64,000 nucleotides of DNA from Vitrella brassicaformis CCMP3155 (Eukaryota; Protista; Chromerida). The notes beneath the pieces were generated by a model that saw only the letters and a list, made by a program, of their open reading frames with translations, made no database searches and was not told the DNA's origin. The stretch spans positions 1 through 64,000 of the forward strand of contig CDMY01000708.1 in assembly GCA_001179505.1 (NCBI GenBank), in the 5' to 3' direction. The translations under genes were made by a program, and so were the position numbers. Positions 47,560 through 60,792 of this stretch are shown in pieces (the first letter of the stretch is position 1; every line of letters starts with the position of its first letter).

Positions 47560-48846
47560 GGTGCCTGCAGGGTATGGATAAGGACGCCGACGGCAAGTAC
47601 GACCTCCACGACGTTGTCGCCGCTGCCAAACAGGTGCGCAGCGCATGCAAGGGACCGGCACAAAGAGGCGGGGGTGCGTGTGTGGGGGGGTGCTATCGCG
47701 TGTGTGCTCTGCAGGTGGTTAATTCGCAGAACTCCGTCAAGAGGATGCGGTGTCTCGTGGTGGCGATAATCATCCTGTGGGTCGCCACGGTGCTTGTCAT
47801 GTTCGGCCTGACTGCCGCGGCGGTCAAGCTCCTCGACGACATCAGGGTTAGACACAACAACGGCCTGCTCGAGACATCCGACGGCAGCATCTCCATCCGT
47901 AAGCACACCACAGTGCCACACGCACACACAGATAGGGAGAGAGAGGGTGTGTGTGTGTGTGTGCGTGTGCGCCTCTTTGTGATGTGTCGTGTGTCGTGTG
48001 TTCTGTCAGGCACTCATCCCAACTTTGCCGACACGAACCTCCTGGACCCGGCGAGCGGCGACATGACAATCCGCGACTACGACACTGTTAACACGGTGCG
48101 CCACACACACACACACACACACACAAGGAATGCCACCCTTCCATCCATGTGTGTGTCCGTCTCCAGTTCGCGCACACGCTGAGCAGCGGCAAGGAGATGC
48201 TCTTTCGCGTCGACTGGATGGAGCAGGACCCGGGCAAGTCCATCACCCTACACATGGCCGGCGGCTTCACCATCATGGCTGACAAAGGTGCGCTCCTTCC
48301 CTCCACCCCTCCCTCCTCTGTGCATCTCTCCATCTATCGGCCGTCGGTGTGTTGTGTGATGGTCAGAGGGTGTCAAGCTGACCGGCCCCGACGAGGAGGA
48401 GATCGACTTTGTGTCACGCGACGCCACCAACAGCACCGGCCGCCGTCTGCAGACAGCGGACAACGCAACGCCGCAATGCCTCGGCAACCCAGAGGTCTGC
48501 TGTGCTCGCGTTGGGGGCGGATCGTGCCTCTCCGGTAGGTACCACCACACAAGGAACTACAGCACACGTGGATCGACAGACCTGGGCGGCCATATTGGTG
48601 GATGTATCGGTCATGTGTGGTGTGGTGTGTGGTGCAGGTTACCGGAAGCAGGCGGGGCTGTATTCCAAGACGCTCAAGACCAACCTCGGCAAAGTGAGGC
48701 AGGCCGCCACACACACAGGCACACACACACACACACACGGACGCCACCATCTCTTTGGGTGGCTCTCAATGTTTGTATGTGTCGCTGTATGTCTGTCTTG
48801 TGTGCAGGATAACCAGCTCAAGAAGGTTGTGAGCAGCATGTGGTAG
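47352..48846 (+). CDS. Type II-like membrane protein with an N-terminal EF-hand-like loop (hypothetical)
   Basis: MKINDEST...|MDKDADGKYDLHDVV (EF loop DxDxDGx)|...RCLVVAIIILWVATVLVMFGLTAAAVKLL (TM)...|FRVDWMEQDPG...|...GRRLQ...|DNQLKKVVSSMW*. Confidence 0.75.
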
Positions 48847-50322
48847 GGAGGCTGATCGATGCAGCCATCCAGCCTTTTGTAGTCGGTGGGGGGCGCTTGT
48901 GTGTATGCGTGTGTGTGTGTGTATGTGTGTGTGTGTGTGTGTGTGTGTACATGAGCCTTTATGGCTCATAAATACCTACCTGCCTTCTCACTTGGTTGGT
49001 CGGTTGGTGTCCTCCTGGGCACGCAGCCGTCAATGACATCAATGGGGGCGGTGTGCTCTTTTCATCCCTTGATCGATTCATTGATTGAGCGAGGAGTGCT
49101 TCCGTCGTCTGCCTGCCTGCCTACTGTCTCCCTGCCCTTGATCGCTTCCTCCCTATATCTCTCGCAATCTCGTTTCTTCGTTCGTGCCGAATGACGTGTG
49201 CCGCCAATTGTATTAGTTGCCCACTTTTGTGGCCTCCTCCGGTCAGTTTGCTGCCTTGCTGGGGTATCATGTCCTCTGCCGCTACCATGATCGGCAAGGC
49301 CGTCAAACGTCTTTGCCGGTCAGCGTTGCGGCGGGTGGTGCTGATGCACTGGCATGGCACAAGCTGCTGGTGTTGAGAGCAGAGAAGAGAAGACCAGAGA
49401 ACAATTGGCTGTCTGTGGGCTGTGGGTGAGTGGCCGTCTGTTTGGTGGTGTTTTGCACCGTACCGTCCCGTGCTGACCTCTCATCTGATAACGTCTGTCT
49501 GCCTATCGGTCTGTGGGTCCGCTTCTGTGTGTGTGTGAGTGGCTGTCACCCCAGACGTCAGGGGGCCCCTCGTGCAGCAACCAACTGTGTCTTCACCGAA
49601 CACAGCTGGTTTCTTGCAAAGGAGGCCCTGAGGCCTGGGAGGCACCGCAAACACACGCACGGACAGAAAGAATGGCTAGAAAGATGTCTGCCTGCAATGT
49701 CAGCTACACACGCGCACGAATGGATTGATTGGGGAATGGTGGATGTGTTTCTAATCTCTTCGCTGGTGCCTGTGTTTGGTCGAGGAGGCGGACCGGGGGG
49801 GATGTGCGTGAGAGCGTTGGTGGTACGCACTGCCGCTGTGCCGACCAGAGCTCTCAGGCTGTGCGTACCAACCAGAGCTCTCAGCCTCGTCCTCTTCCTC
49901 TGTGTCTGCCCCCAATCGATCACCAGCCTCCAGCGTGGCGACAAGTGACAATGCAAGCGCTGATGGTTGAGGCCTACATGCCTTCGGTGGTGTTTTTTCG
50001 CCACTCTGGGGAAGTGAGTGGCGGTCTCAGCCATCAGCAAACAGTAGGGTAGTTGCGTGCGTCCTGTACGTCCATGCATTCAGGTTTTTTCGACCTGCGT
50101 CTTTGCTTGTGTGTGTACGTAGCTCTATAGCTATCTTCATTCGGCTGGTGACACGAAGCCGCTGAGAGCCTTAGTTTAATGATGGTCAGCCTGTGTTCCA
50201 CGCTTAAGATGATTCATTCATGGAGATCTCCATAAAGAGAATGATGGTGCAGAGCAGCTGCAACAGAGAGGGCTCACAGACCTGACACACAGCCAGAGGA
50301 AAACAGCTGTTGCCTTTGTGCA

Positions 50323-50359
50323 GAGCTAAGCTCGCAAACGGCATCTGCGAGCTTAGCTC
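50323..50359. promoter_or_regulatory. Perfect 14-bp inverted repeat containing two opposed AAGCTCGCA elements, about 105 nt upstream of ATG 50465
   Basis: GAGCTAAGCTCGCA (50323-50336), 9-nt spacer, TGCGAGCTTAGCTC (50346-50359). Confidence 0.65.
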
Positions 50360-50464
50360 AAAGGGAAAGGGAGATCTGTCCTTTCCCCCCGGATGTAGCG
50401 TGCAGGCAAGAGTCTCTGCTCACATGCATCCATTATCACTCATTAACACGACGCATCCCTGAGA

Positions 50465-53400
50465 ATGAAGCTCATCTCTACCCTGCACATACTCCTGCTG
50501 CTGCTGCTCGTTTCCATCCACAATGTCCCAGCCACAGCCTTCCATCTCCCCTCAGCCACCTCGTTCCTTCTCCGTCGGCCCTCTCTGCGGACGTCTGCGC
50601 GTGCCGCCACACAGCGGACGACAAGCGATGAGTCCCATCAATCCACTCAGTCGAATCTCGGCCTGGCTGACAAGTACGAGCGGCCAAAGCCAGCCATCGA
50701 CATCCGCCACTTTGCCGGCTGGAGCAGCGACCCGCCTGAGGTGCCGGTGGACGCGTACAAGCTGCTGGCCTACCTGGACGAGGAGCGGCTGCCGCCATTG
50801 CTCGAGGGCGTGACGGGCGTCAAGGGGTTGGACGTGCGGGTGCTCAATGTGGCGGAGAACCAGCTCAGATCTGCACTGCTTGACGTCACCAGAAGGCGGC
50901 AGAAACAGGTGGGAGTGCATATGCGGACGGAGAGCTGAGGGAGCCACGTCTGGTGTGTGTTGACTGACAGTTTTCGGATGAGGACTCGGTGCAGTGGTTC
51001 TCTTCCCGGCACAACGTGACGAGCCGCGTATTCGGCAAGGTGAGGCGGCGGCTGGCCCAGCGGCACCCTCACGGACACGCCACCAGCCCCCTGGAGGACC
51101 TGGCGTACCCCGCCATGGACTCCATTGAGGACAGCAACAGAGAGGAGGCCTTCAGCATGTACTATGAGTACTTCAGGCAAAGGTGCCTTCTTACTCGTGG
51201 CTGTATGGCATGGTAGTGTCATGTGCATGGATTCGATGGGTGCATCTGTTGTCTGCCTGTCTGCCGTGCAGGTGTTTTTCGGATGGTGCGTCATCGGAGG
51301 ATGAGGCTGGTGAAGAGAGCAACCGGAATGGTGACGGCGGTGGCGATGGTGATGGCCCGTTAGGTCTGCCCCCCGCCTCTCAGCTGAGTGTGGTGTGGGA
51401 CCCCTCCCCCAGTTACCTCCACGAGTGGGAGGTGTCGCGGCGGCTCGAGTACCCCACTCTCAGGCTGCACGCTGGCATCAACGCATCACCACTTTTCGGG
51501 TAGGGAGGACGACACACATGCCCCTTGCTTGATGGATGGATGCATGTGTGGCGGGCGTGTTGTGGTATATACTTCTGTGTGTGGATCAGGTGCACGGTCT
51601 TGAGCGCGATGCTTGAGCTGTTCGCCCTGGTCAACTCCCCCTCTCACGCCTACCACTCCACCCCAATCGTCACCCCTCCCACCGACGCAGAGAGCGAGGG
51701 AGAAGATCTGTCCGATTTATCCGTCGACTTCGATTTCCCCCCACCGCCGCCCTTTCATGAGAGCGAGCTGGACGACACCTCCCGCCCGCGGCCGAACGTG
51801 CACAGCGTCCTCTACAAGCAGAAGGAGCTTGAGTGCTACGAGTTCGTTGAGGGGCCGGAGGGTGACGACGAGGGGCTGGACTTCAACCTGTTCTTCGGAC
51901 AGACGGGCGACTACGGCATGAGCAGCGAGGAGGAGTGGCGGTACGTGGAGAGCACGAAGGACAAGAGCTCCTTTGACCTTTACAACTCGCTGATTGAGAG
52001 CGGTGTGGCGCCTGAACGAGCCATCGAGATATGCACCAACTCTGCCAGGTGGGTCGGTCACCGACACAGCACAGCACAGCACAGCACAGCACACGACGCA
52101 TGTAATGTCCGACCAACAGGCGCCGAGAGTCATCCGCCCTATGGCAGTCCGGCCGGCTGCCGGTTCGCGAGCTCACTGGCCGCATGCTGGGCTACGGTCT
52201 CGAGGAGACGGCCAAGCTGCTCACGGGCGGGGCGCAGCTGCTGCAGAGGCTGGGCAGGCGACAACTCGACTTCACCGAAAACTGCCTCGCCTATGTATGC
52301 AGAGGCCACACACAAATTCTTCAGACACACGGATGGCTGGCTGGCTGGCTGGATGGATGGATGGAGCGTGTCGTTGGTTGTCTTGTCTGTCAGGGGTGTG
52401 AGCAGTACATGGGAGTCTCGCAGCACGAGGCGTTGCGGTACGCCGACGCGGCGCACAGCCAGCAGGCCTCGCTGCTGTACATGCAGTCGCTCATCATCGT
52501 CCACGAGCTGCTCAACCGCATCCGCACCGCCAGGGGCTTCCCGCTGCCGACAAAGTATGACGTGGGCGTGCTGGAGGAGAGCGGCAAACGGGGCTATCGG
52601 CCCGAAAACAAGACGGAGGAAGACATTGTCGACTTTATGCGTATGTTGGCAACACAGAGATGGGGGCAAAGGGGAGGATATCAGGGAGGGGTGTGTGTGT
52701 GTGTGTAGTGGGATTCCCGTCAGAAGGGCTGGACTTGACGAACCGGACGCAGGCGGCCATGTTTCTTTATGAGTTCTTCAACCAGGCTTGCTTCGACGGC
52801 ACCCTGCTCAAGGTGCCCATCGACATAGACGACCACATGCACAGCCTGGGTAGGTAGGACGGACAACAAACGCATCACCCACAACATGTGGGTGTGCTGT
52901 GCATATCTTTGTATGTGCAGGGTATACCCATTACGTGTTGGACCGCCCTCGGCCGCCCCGGATAAGGCTGAGCGGCCGGCTCTTCGCCGACGACAAGTAC
53001 ATCCCCCTCCTCGCCCACACCCTCCTCGAACAGATGCTCACCGTATGGGAGCTCTCCACTGTCCACTTCCTTGACCCACAGGTGCCCTCTCCCCCCCTAC
53101 ACACAGACACGCACACACACGCATCGCTTGTGTGTGTCAGATGGGCATCGGGCAGAGCGCCGTGTCGCTGTTCGAGCCGACTCGGTTCGGCATCAAGCGT
53201 CAGGAGCTGCGCGAGAAGGCCGAGATCAACGACTGGCCGTTCCACTTCGACTGGAGCGCCGATCTCACTTTGCTGATGAACGACACCGAGCTGGCGGCGT
53301 ATGAGAGAGAGGAGGACCAGGACGACGAGGAGACTGCTGACGTGGGCAAGGGATGTGGGGAGGGCGGGAGGTGTGCTGATGGGGTGGGGTGTGTCTGTGC

Positions 53401-53958
53401 TGTGTGTATTGTTTGGTCAGTGGTACCTGAGTCTCATTGCCAAGGGGTTTCCCGCCGACCGTGCGCTTGACATCATCAACGAAGCCGTCAGGTCAGCCCA
53501 CACCCACACCCACGCCCCCAACCGCGCATCCATCCAGCGCACTCTCTCTGTGTGTCATCAATCCATCCATGCATCAGGCGGCACGACCCCCGAGAGGCGT
53601 GGCGATTCCTGCCTGATGCGCAAGAGCAAGAGCAAGAGCAGGAGAAAGACGACGAGGAGGACAGACCCGGAGCCCCCCGTCGGTACCTGAAGCCCTTTCT
53701 CGGCATGACGCTGCCGGTCCGCGAGCTGGCGGCGGCTTTGGTGGCGGAGTGCCCCATCGAGGCTGAGAGGCTCATGTACACGGGTCTGCCGAGCATGCTG
53801 TACTTGGCTGAGGCGTTTGCTGTGGAGCAGGAGGGCCTGGCGGGGAGGGAGCTGTCGGAGGGGGAGCGGTACAATGCCAGCATGAAGATGATCGCCTTCA
53901 TGGAAAACGCATTCAAACAGGTAGGGCTTAGCTCGGTAGGACTGACTGTCGCCATGCA

Positions 53959-53992
<34 letters not shown>

Positions 53993-55570
53993 TGTGTAGG
54001 CGTGTGTGAAGGCATGGTACGACCTGACCATAGAAAGCGCCATCGACGACAAAGAGCTCAAGCGTCAGTTCCTGGAGAACACCTTCATGGTCGAGCAGGT
54101 CTTCGACGACCTCCGGAACATCATGCTCACCACAGCCATCGCCAAAGGGCAGCAACCCCCGTCACACGCCGACACAAACGCGGAGCTCGCTGACCTCGGG
54201 GTGGCCGGCTATGGTGACCAGGATGGCGCTGTCGACCAGAGGAAGAGAGATGCCGCCAGAAAACTGCCGAGGAAGAAGGATTTCGGGCAGCTTGGGGCTG
54301 GGAATCGAGACGCCGTGGTGCGGGGGATGTATGGCGTGTTGAACGAGGTCTTGTTTGACGGTGCGCTGCCGTGGGTGCCCGTCGAGTGGCGACCCGACCT
54401 CAAGGGCCTATCGGACGTCAGGATCCAAGTCGGCAAAACCAACATCAGCTCCATCTGGGTACGAGAACACTGAACACCCCCCGCCACACACACGCACACA
54501 GATGCACCTCTCTCTCTCTCTCTCTCTGCACAGCTGAACCCGGTTGTGGCTGACTACGGTCTGCTGGCGTACCTGCTGATCCGCGAGATGACGCACCTGT
54601 GGAACTACTACCGGCCCTACACCGTGGGCACGGCGATGCACGCCCTCTACGGCGAGCAGTTCGTGCCGGCCTGGCGGCCATTCGGCGACGACACATTCGA
54701 TGAGGACATGAAAAGGCAGCTGAGGGAGATGGGCGTCTCCAACACCACACTGCAGGTACGCGAGCAGGCCACCGAGGCACATGGAGGGATGGATGACACA
54801 CGCCATTCGTGGGTGTGGGTGTGGGTGTGGATGTGGGTGTGGGTGTGTGTGGGTGGGTGTGATGGCATGGTAGGCGTTGGAGCCTGGTTCCGCTGTGGAG
54901 CGTGCCGAGACTCAGTTCGACTGGGACGAGGAGAGGGGGTTCAGCCCGGAGGACCTCATGGCAAAACGCATGGACACCAAACGATGCCAAATCGAGCGGG
55001 TCGGACAGACACTGACAGACAGACAGCACCGACACACCGACACACCGACCGACGCACAGAGACATCCACTGCTGTATGTGTGTGTGTGTGTGTGTCCCTC
55101 ACTCAGGTAGTGCTGGATGAGGAGTCGTGGCAGTTTGTGGCTGAGAGTGACGCATACATGTTCGAGTGCGGCGTCACCAAACCAGAACTCAACAAGTAAG
55201 TAAATGAGCAGCCATCCAGCCATCCACCTTTCCCCCTGTGTGTGTCAGGGTGTCCGAGTACTTGGCCTTGCGGTCCGAGGGTCCCGTCAACATCTACCGC
55301 GACCTCGTCGACTCAGCCGCAGCCTCAAAAACAAGAGCTGCAGAAATCACCGTAACAACCCACACACCCACACCACGACACCTCTCTCTCAATCAATCCT
55401 CTGTTTCCTTCTCAGGCCCAGGCGGTCAGCAAGAAGCGCTCCGGAACCGTCGAGACCCGGCAAGCAGCCGACGACCTCCGCACACAAGGCGGCACACTCC
55501 TCACCACAGACCGCAATCTCGTTGCGGCCAGCGGAGACGCCGAGAAGGCGTCTATCGCACGATTAGGTGA
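50465..55570 (+). CDS. Large plastid-targeted protein with an internal duplication and two degenerate SprT-like domains
   Basis: Leader MKLISTLHILLLLLLVSIHNVPATA-FHLPSATSFLLRRPSLRTSAR; about 16 exons. SprT-like segments LYEFFNQACFDGTL...RIRLSGRL...LAHTLLEQMLT and MYGVLNEVLFDGAL...W|LNP...LAYLLIREMTH. Confidence 0.75.
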
Positions 55571-56424
55571 CACTGCTGGTACTGGTGCTGGTGCTGATAG
55601 TGAGGTTGAAGACTCAGGTTTGGATGAGGATGGTCCCAGCAACAGGGAGGGGCGGCGGCGGGCTGAGCGGGAGAGGGAGAGGGGGAGGGCTAAGGCTAAG
55701 GCGCTGAGGGGGTTCGGGGGGACGGAATAATGAGACGTGAGATGAGATGTGTGTGGCGTGTGAGATGGTGGGTGGATGGATGGATGGATACACACACACA
55801 TACACATACAAGCGCATTCTAGGATCGTCGATCATCGACACACACGCAGAGTCTTTTCCATGTCATGTGCTCTACAAGGGTCACTGTGTGGGTGAGGTGA
55901 CTGTATACCCACAGCACGGCAGAGCACGGCACGGCTGGCTACATCACCAGCCAGCCCGCCGCCCATCCATCCACTCTACAATGCCTACCGTCTCTGAGGT
56001 TACTTACACTTACACAAACAGACAGACAGACAGACGGGCAGACATCGATCGCCCAGAAGCGAGGGCGCGGCGCGCCCGCCGCTCCTTCGTCGTCACCTGC
56101 TGGTACCTGCACACACACATCCACATCAACAGAGACGACAACAGCCATCAATCAGAGAGAGGGGAGGCACAAAACACCATCACACACCACACATAGCACA
56201 GTCCACACCATCAACAGTTAGTTGTGCAGATATGTTAGCGGCTAACACATGCATGGCATGCTGCCGTGCCGGTCTCATGCTACGCACGCCGCAGGTCGCC
56301 CCCTCCCTCCCCCTCATCGGTTGCCCCCCAATTGCCGTGTGTGGTGTGAGTGCTGTGCCGTTCGGTCGTTCGTTCGTTCTACAGGCGTCTTCCGGTTGTT
56401 CCATCACACACAGACACCACACCA

Positions 56425-59400
56425 TCAACAACGACACGCCCGGTCGGTGGTCTGTTGACCTTGTTGGCTGTCAGATGACGCCGACGGCGCCAAAGCATGC
56501 CGCTGGCCGGGCGGGCTCGACGACGGCTGCACCACACGCCCCATGGTGGCCATGGGTATAACAGGGGGGAATGGAATGGTCGACATCGGCTGCCATGGCA
56601 CGTGGGACGGCACGGGGTCCGCAAAGGGGTGTGGCCGGGTCGGGGGATGCACCCATGGCAGGTGCAGGTGCAGCTGTGGCTGGGGCTGCGGCTGTGGCTG
56701 TGGCGGCACTGTTGGCACGTAATCCACCACCATCATGCTGCTGCTGGTGCTGCTGGTGGTGTCCCCCCAAGCGGACCCCCCATGTGGCAATGGTGTGGGT
56801 GTGGAGGTGGAAGGGGTGGGTGCGGATGATGATGTGGATGTGTCAGGGGGTGGGTGGGGGCCGCCCAGGCACGGTACGGCCAGGGGTGTGCAGTACTCAC
56901 CGTTGGACAGGTGTGGGGGGCTGCCGTGGTCGGCGGTGCCGTTGGCCTGCTGCAGCCCTCGGGATGATGCCGATGCGGCCGCAGCGCCACTGCTGCCGTT
57001 GAGGAGGTCCATGGCTGCAGGGGGGAGGGGCTTTAGACCGAGAGTCGCCTCGATCGTCGCTGCATACATTCACACCACACATGAGGGATCGATTGTTATT
57101 TCCTCGTGTGTCGTTTCGTGTTGGCTGTGCTGGCTGACGCTTGGTGCTCCAGACTCTGAGGGTCTGGTCGTCCGACGCCGTCAACATCCTGAAACCACAC
57201 ACAAAGCCGCAACAACACGCCCATTCTCACTCTCTCGCTCTGTCTCTCTGCGTGTGTGTCCACCGAACCAACCAAGGGCTGTTGGGTGGCCAGGCAATAC
57301 AGTTGACGGTGGCAGCGTGTCCCTGCAGGACCTCCAGCAGCGAGCCGAAGTGTCGGTGCCAGATGTACACCTGGGTGTCCTCCGACCCGCTGATGACGTA
57401 CGTCTCCTGCGGACCGCCGAAACACGACCTCACCACAAACCGCCCCTGATAGTGGCCACGATACCGCTAAACACACACACGCACAGAGAAAGAAAGAGAG
57501 AGAGAGAGAGAATGAATAAATGAATTCCATCCACTGTGGTGCCCCACACCCACCCCACAGGCACACGATAGTAGGCACCTGGACAATTCTCCTTTCTGTG
57601 AGGTCCCAGAGGCGAATGACTGGCGTCTGGTGGGAGATGTTGACCAGCACCTGGTCAGCTATCGACGAGACCGTCACGGACGTCACGGGATCCGACTCGG
57701 GCAGACTAAATGGATGGCCACACACACACACACACACACGCGGATGGATGGATGGATGGCTGGATGAGTCCCACCCACATCAGCTACACCTGAAGAGTTC
57801 CCTCTTGGAGTGCAGGTCGATGACTTTGATGCTCTTCTCCGACGTCACCACGAGCATCTTCTTGCCGTCGCCTGACGGACGGAAGAAAGCATTGCATGGA
57901 CAGACACAATGAATGAATGGCAAATGAATGCACCACTCGTGCGTGACGTGGCACGATGTGCCTGCCTACTTGTGACGGCTACGTCCTGGATGCGCGATGA
58001 GAACATCCACTGCTGCTCCTGACCAATCGGTGGATGGATGGATGGATGGATCAGCACACACACACCGATGCGTGTCGGCTGGTTGCTCTGCCCACTCACT
58101 TCGGTGGGGTCATTGAGGTTCCACATGTAGATGCACTTGTCGATGCCGGCAGACACGAACCGCTCGTTGTCTTGCAGCCAACACACGCTCGCCACAGACT
58201 CTGTCGGACACACGCATCGCATCCACACAACCATCCGGACCTCACACACACACACACACACACACGGGCTTGCGGGCTCATGTCATGTATGGCTTCACCT
58301 GTGTGTTTGGTGATGACCCTGACGCACTTGGCAGTGTCGGAGGCCCACACCCTGACGGTCTTGTCGTTTGACGCGGTGGCGATGTGCGCGTCGTCGGGGG
58401 ACCAGGCTATGAAGCTGCTGGCGTCGCTGTGGCCGATAAGGTGCTGAACCTGATCGCATCGACAGGCACATGGATCACACGACACAGACAGCACAGCACA
58501 GCACAGGACGGCGCACAGTGGGTGTGTCGTTCTGTGTCTTTGGGTGTGGGTGCATCCCGCCAGACCTTTGTGAATGCGGTGCCCTGGCATTCCCAGATGA
58601 TGACGGTCTTGTCCTTGGACGACGACGCTGATGAAATCACACACACACACACACACACAGACACTCAGATACATTGATGGGTCCCTCCTCCGCCCACCAA
58701 TGTATCGGCCGTTGTGAGAGATGGCGACGAACCACACCTGCACACACACACACACACACACAGACATGCATCAGACACACTACGCTCGCCGGTATTGTTA
58801 GGGCATGTGTGTGTGATGTGTGACCTCGTCTGTGTGTTCGTCCAGCGTGGCCACACAGTGGGTGGGCAAAGTGCCCTGCGGACAGGTGTGGTCCTGACAC
58901 AGAGTCAATCAAGGCCACACCACCAACCAAATGAATGAATGGATCAGGTGTCTGTCTGTCTGCCTGTCTGTCTGCCTGTGTGCCTGTCTGGCTGGCTGGC
59001 TAGCTTACCTGCAGTAGGCTGAAAGAGCTGGTGTTCCTGTTGTGGTACACACAGTGCATCTGGCAACACAACCAACGCACACCACACACACAAATGCAGC
59101 TGCACACACAATCCCAAGCCCAAGCCGGAGCCCAAGCCCGAGCCCCACCTCTTGCAGCTTCCACGCTTGATGGAGCAGCACCTGACCAACACACACCACA
59201 CCCCCACACCATGAGCAGGATCGTCTGCCCTTCCTTGTCCTGCTCTGTCCTACGGCGAGCCTCCTCGGCGGAACGACCACTTCGGGCGGGATGAGGTCCA
59301 CCATCCGCTGCCACAGCAGCTCACGAGAACCCTACAGCAGCCACACAACACACACGACAGACACACACACGATGATAGCGCGCACCATTTCTGCCCATGC

Positions 59401-60726
59401 CGATGCATATGCTGGATGTCAGCTCCTTACCTTGTAGGTCCACTCTGCCCTCCCCTGCAGGTCATCTGGATCCTGACACATCAGGTAACTGACATGACAC
59501 ACCACGCCACGCAACGCAATGCAGCCAACACATCACACGACAGTGGTTCACACGCGACGCGGGCCGTTCCGTTAGTCACCTACCTGCTGCACTTGTGGAG
59601 GCGGTCGGTCGACTCGGCGTCGAAACACGCATCAGCCAACTCACCTGCACACAACACATCACAACACAACACAACACAGCACAACACAGCACAGCACAGA
59701 ACAACGGACCGTCTCGGTATCCTCCAGCCCGGCATGTAATGGTTGGTTCTCACTCACTTCTGAGGCAGTCGAGGGCGTCAAAAATCTGCTTGTCGTAGAG
59801 CAGCTCTGATTCACACACACACACACCCCAATCCCTCATCGCCCGTCCGCCACCCCCATCTGCACACACACACACACACACACACACGTACCTAAGTACT
59901 TCTGCTCCAGGACAAGGAAGTGACACGCCTGAACACACAAACCACCAACCACATCACTCTCCCTCCCTCTTTCTCTCTGTGGGCGTGTGTGTGTGTGTGT
60001 GCGCCATTCCCTCCCTCCCTCCCACCTGTCCGACGGGGTCCTGGAAGTTGAGTTTGCTGAGTGCCTCCCTCACGCCTCGCCAGTTGCCCTTGAGCACCGA
60101 CTCGTGCAGGCTCTTGACGTCCACACCCTCCAACACCATACCAGACTCACTCTCCAGCACATCCATCGCATTCCTGACACAGCACACAAACCACCACCAC
60201 CACACACGGGGCGTGTGTGTGTGTGGTTGGCTGGGTGAGGCTTTCACAGCGCACCTACCTGTAGCCGAGTGCGTCGAGTGTTTGAAGTATGAGTAGGATG
60301 AGCTCTCGTCGCGGCAGCCCCTCCCAGTGGTCTGGGGCGTTGCGCGAGTAGGGCAGCCCGCTGCCATCCCGCGGCGAGGAAGACGCAGCACCGTTGGGAA
60401 GCGCCATAGGAAGAACCTATGAATAGCAGCAACACACACAACACAACACAACACGAAGCCCATGTTCGACACATGACAAGACTGATGAATAAGACGTCTG
60501 TTTGTTTCTGCCTGCAGCCCATCCATCCATCAGCAGAGGCCTGGCCTCTTCCTCTCTGTGTGTGATCTGCCTGTCTGTCTGGTTGGCTGTGTGTGTGTGT
60601 GTGTTTCCTCCCTCCCCCCCTCTCTCTCTCTCTGACCTTGTGACGTTTGATCCCGTCAGCCTGTCCGTCCTCTCCTTCCTCGGACTTGCGCTTGCCGGGG
60701 CTATTGGAGAATGAGGAGCATCTCAT
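56425..60726 (-). CDS. WDR26: WD40-repeat protein with LisH/CTLH, WDR26/GID7-like; C-terminal end uncertain
   Basis: LisH RELILLILQTLDALGY; CTLH ESVLKGNWRGV; IPPEVVVPPRRL...LLHQAW; WD repeats LDEHTDE|VWFVAISHNG, SSSKDKTVIIW, LIGHSDASSFIAWSPDD, SVCWLQDNERFVSAG, YRGHYQGRFVVRSCFGG...SGSEDTQVYIWHR...LQGHAATVNCIAW. Confidence 0.88.
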
Positions 60727-60792
60727 GTAGATTGACTGACGAATCAACACCCCGACCCGACACAACCACTACCCAAACAGCCACACGAGGGA

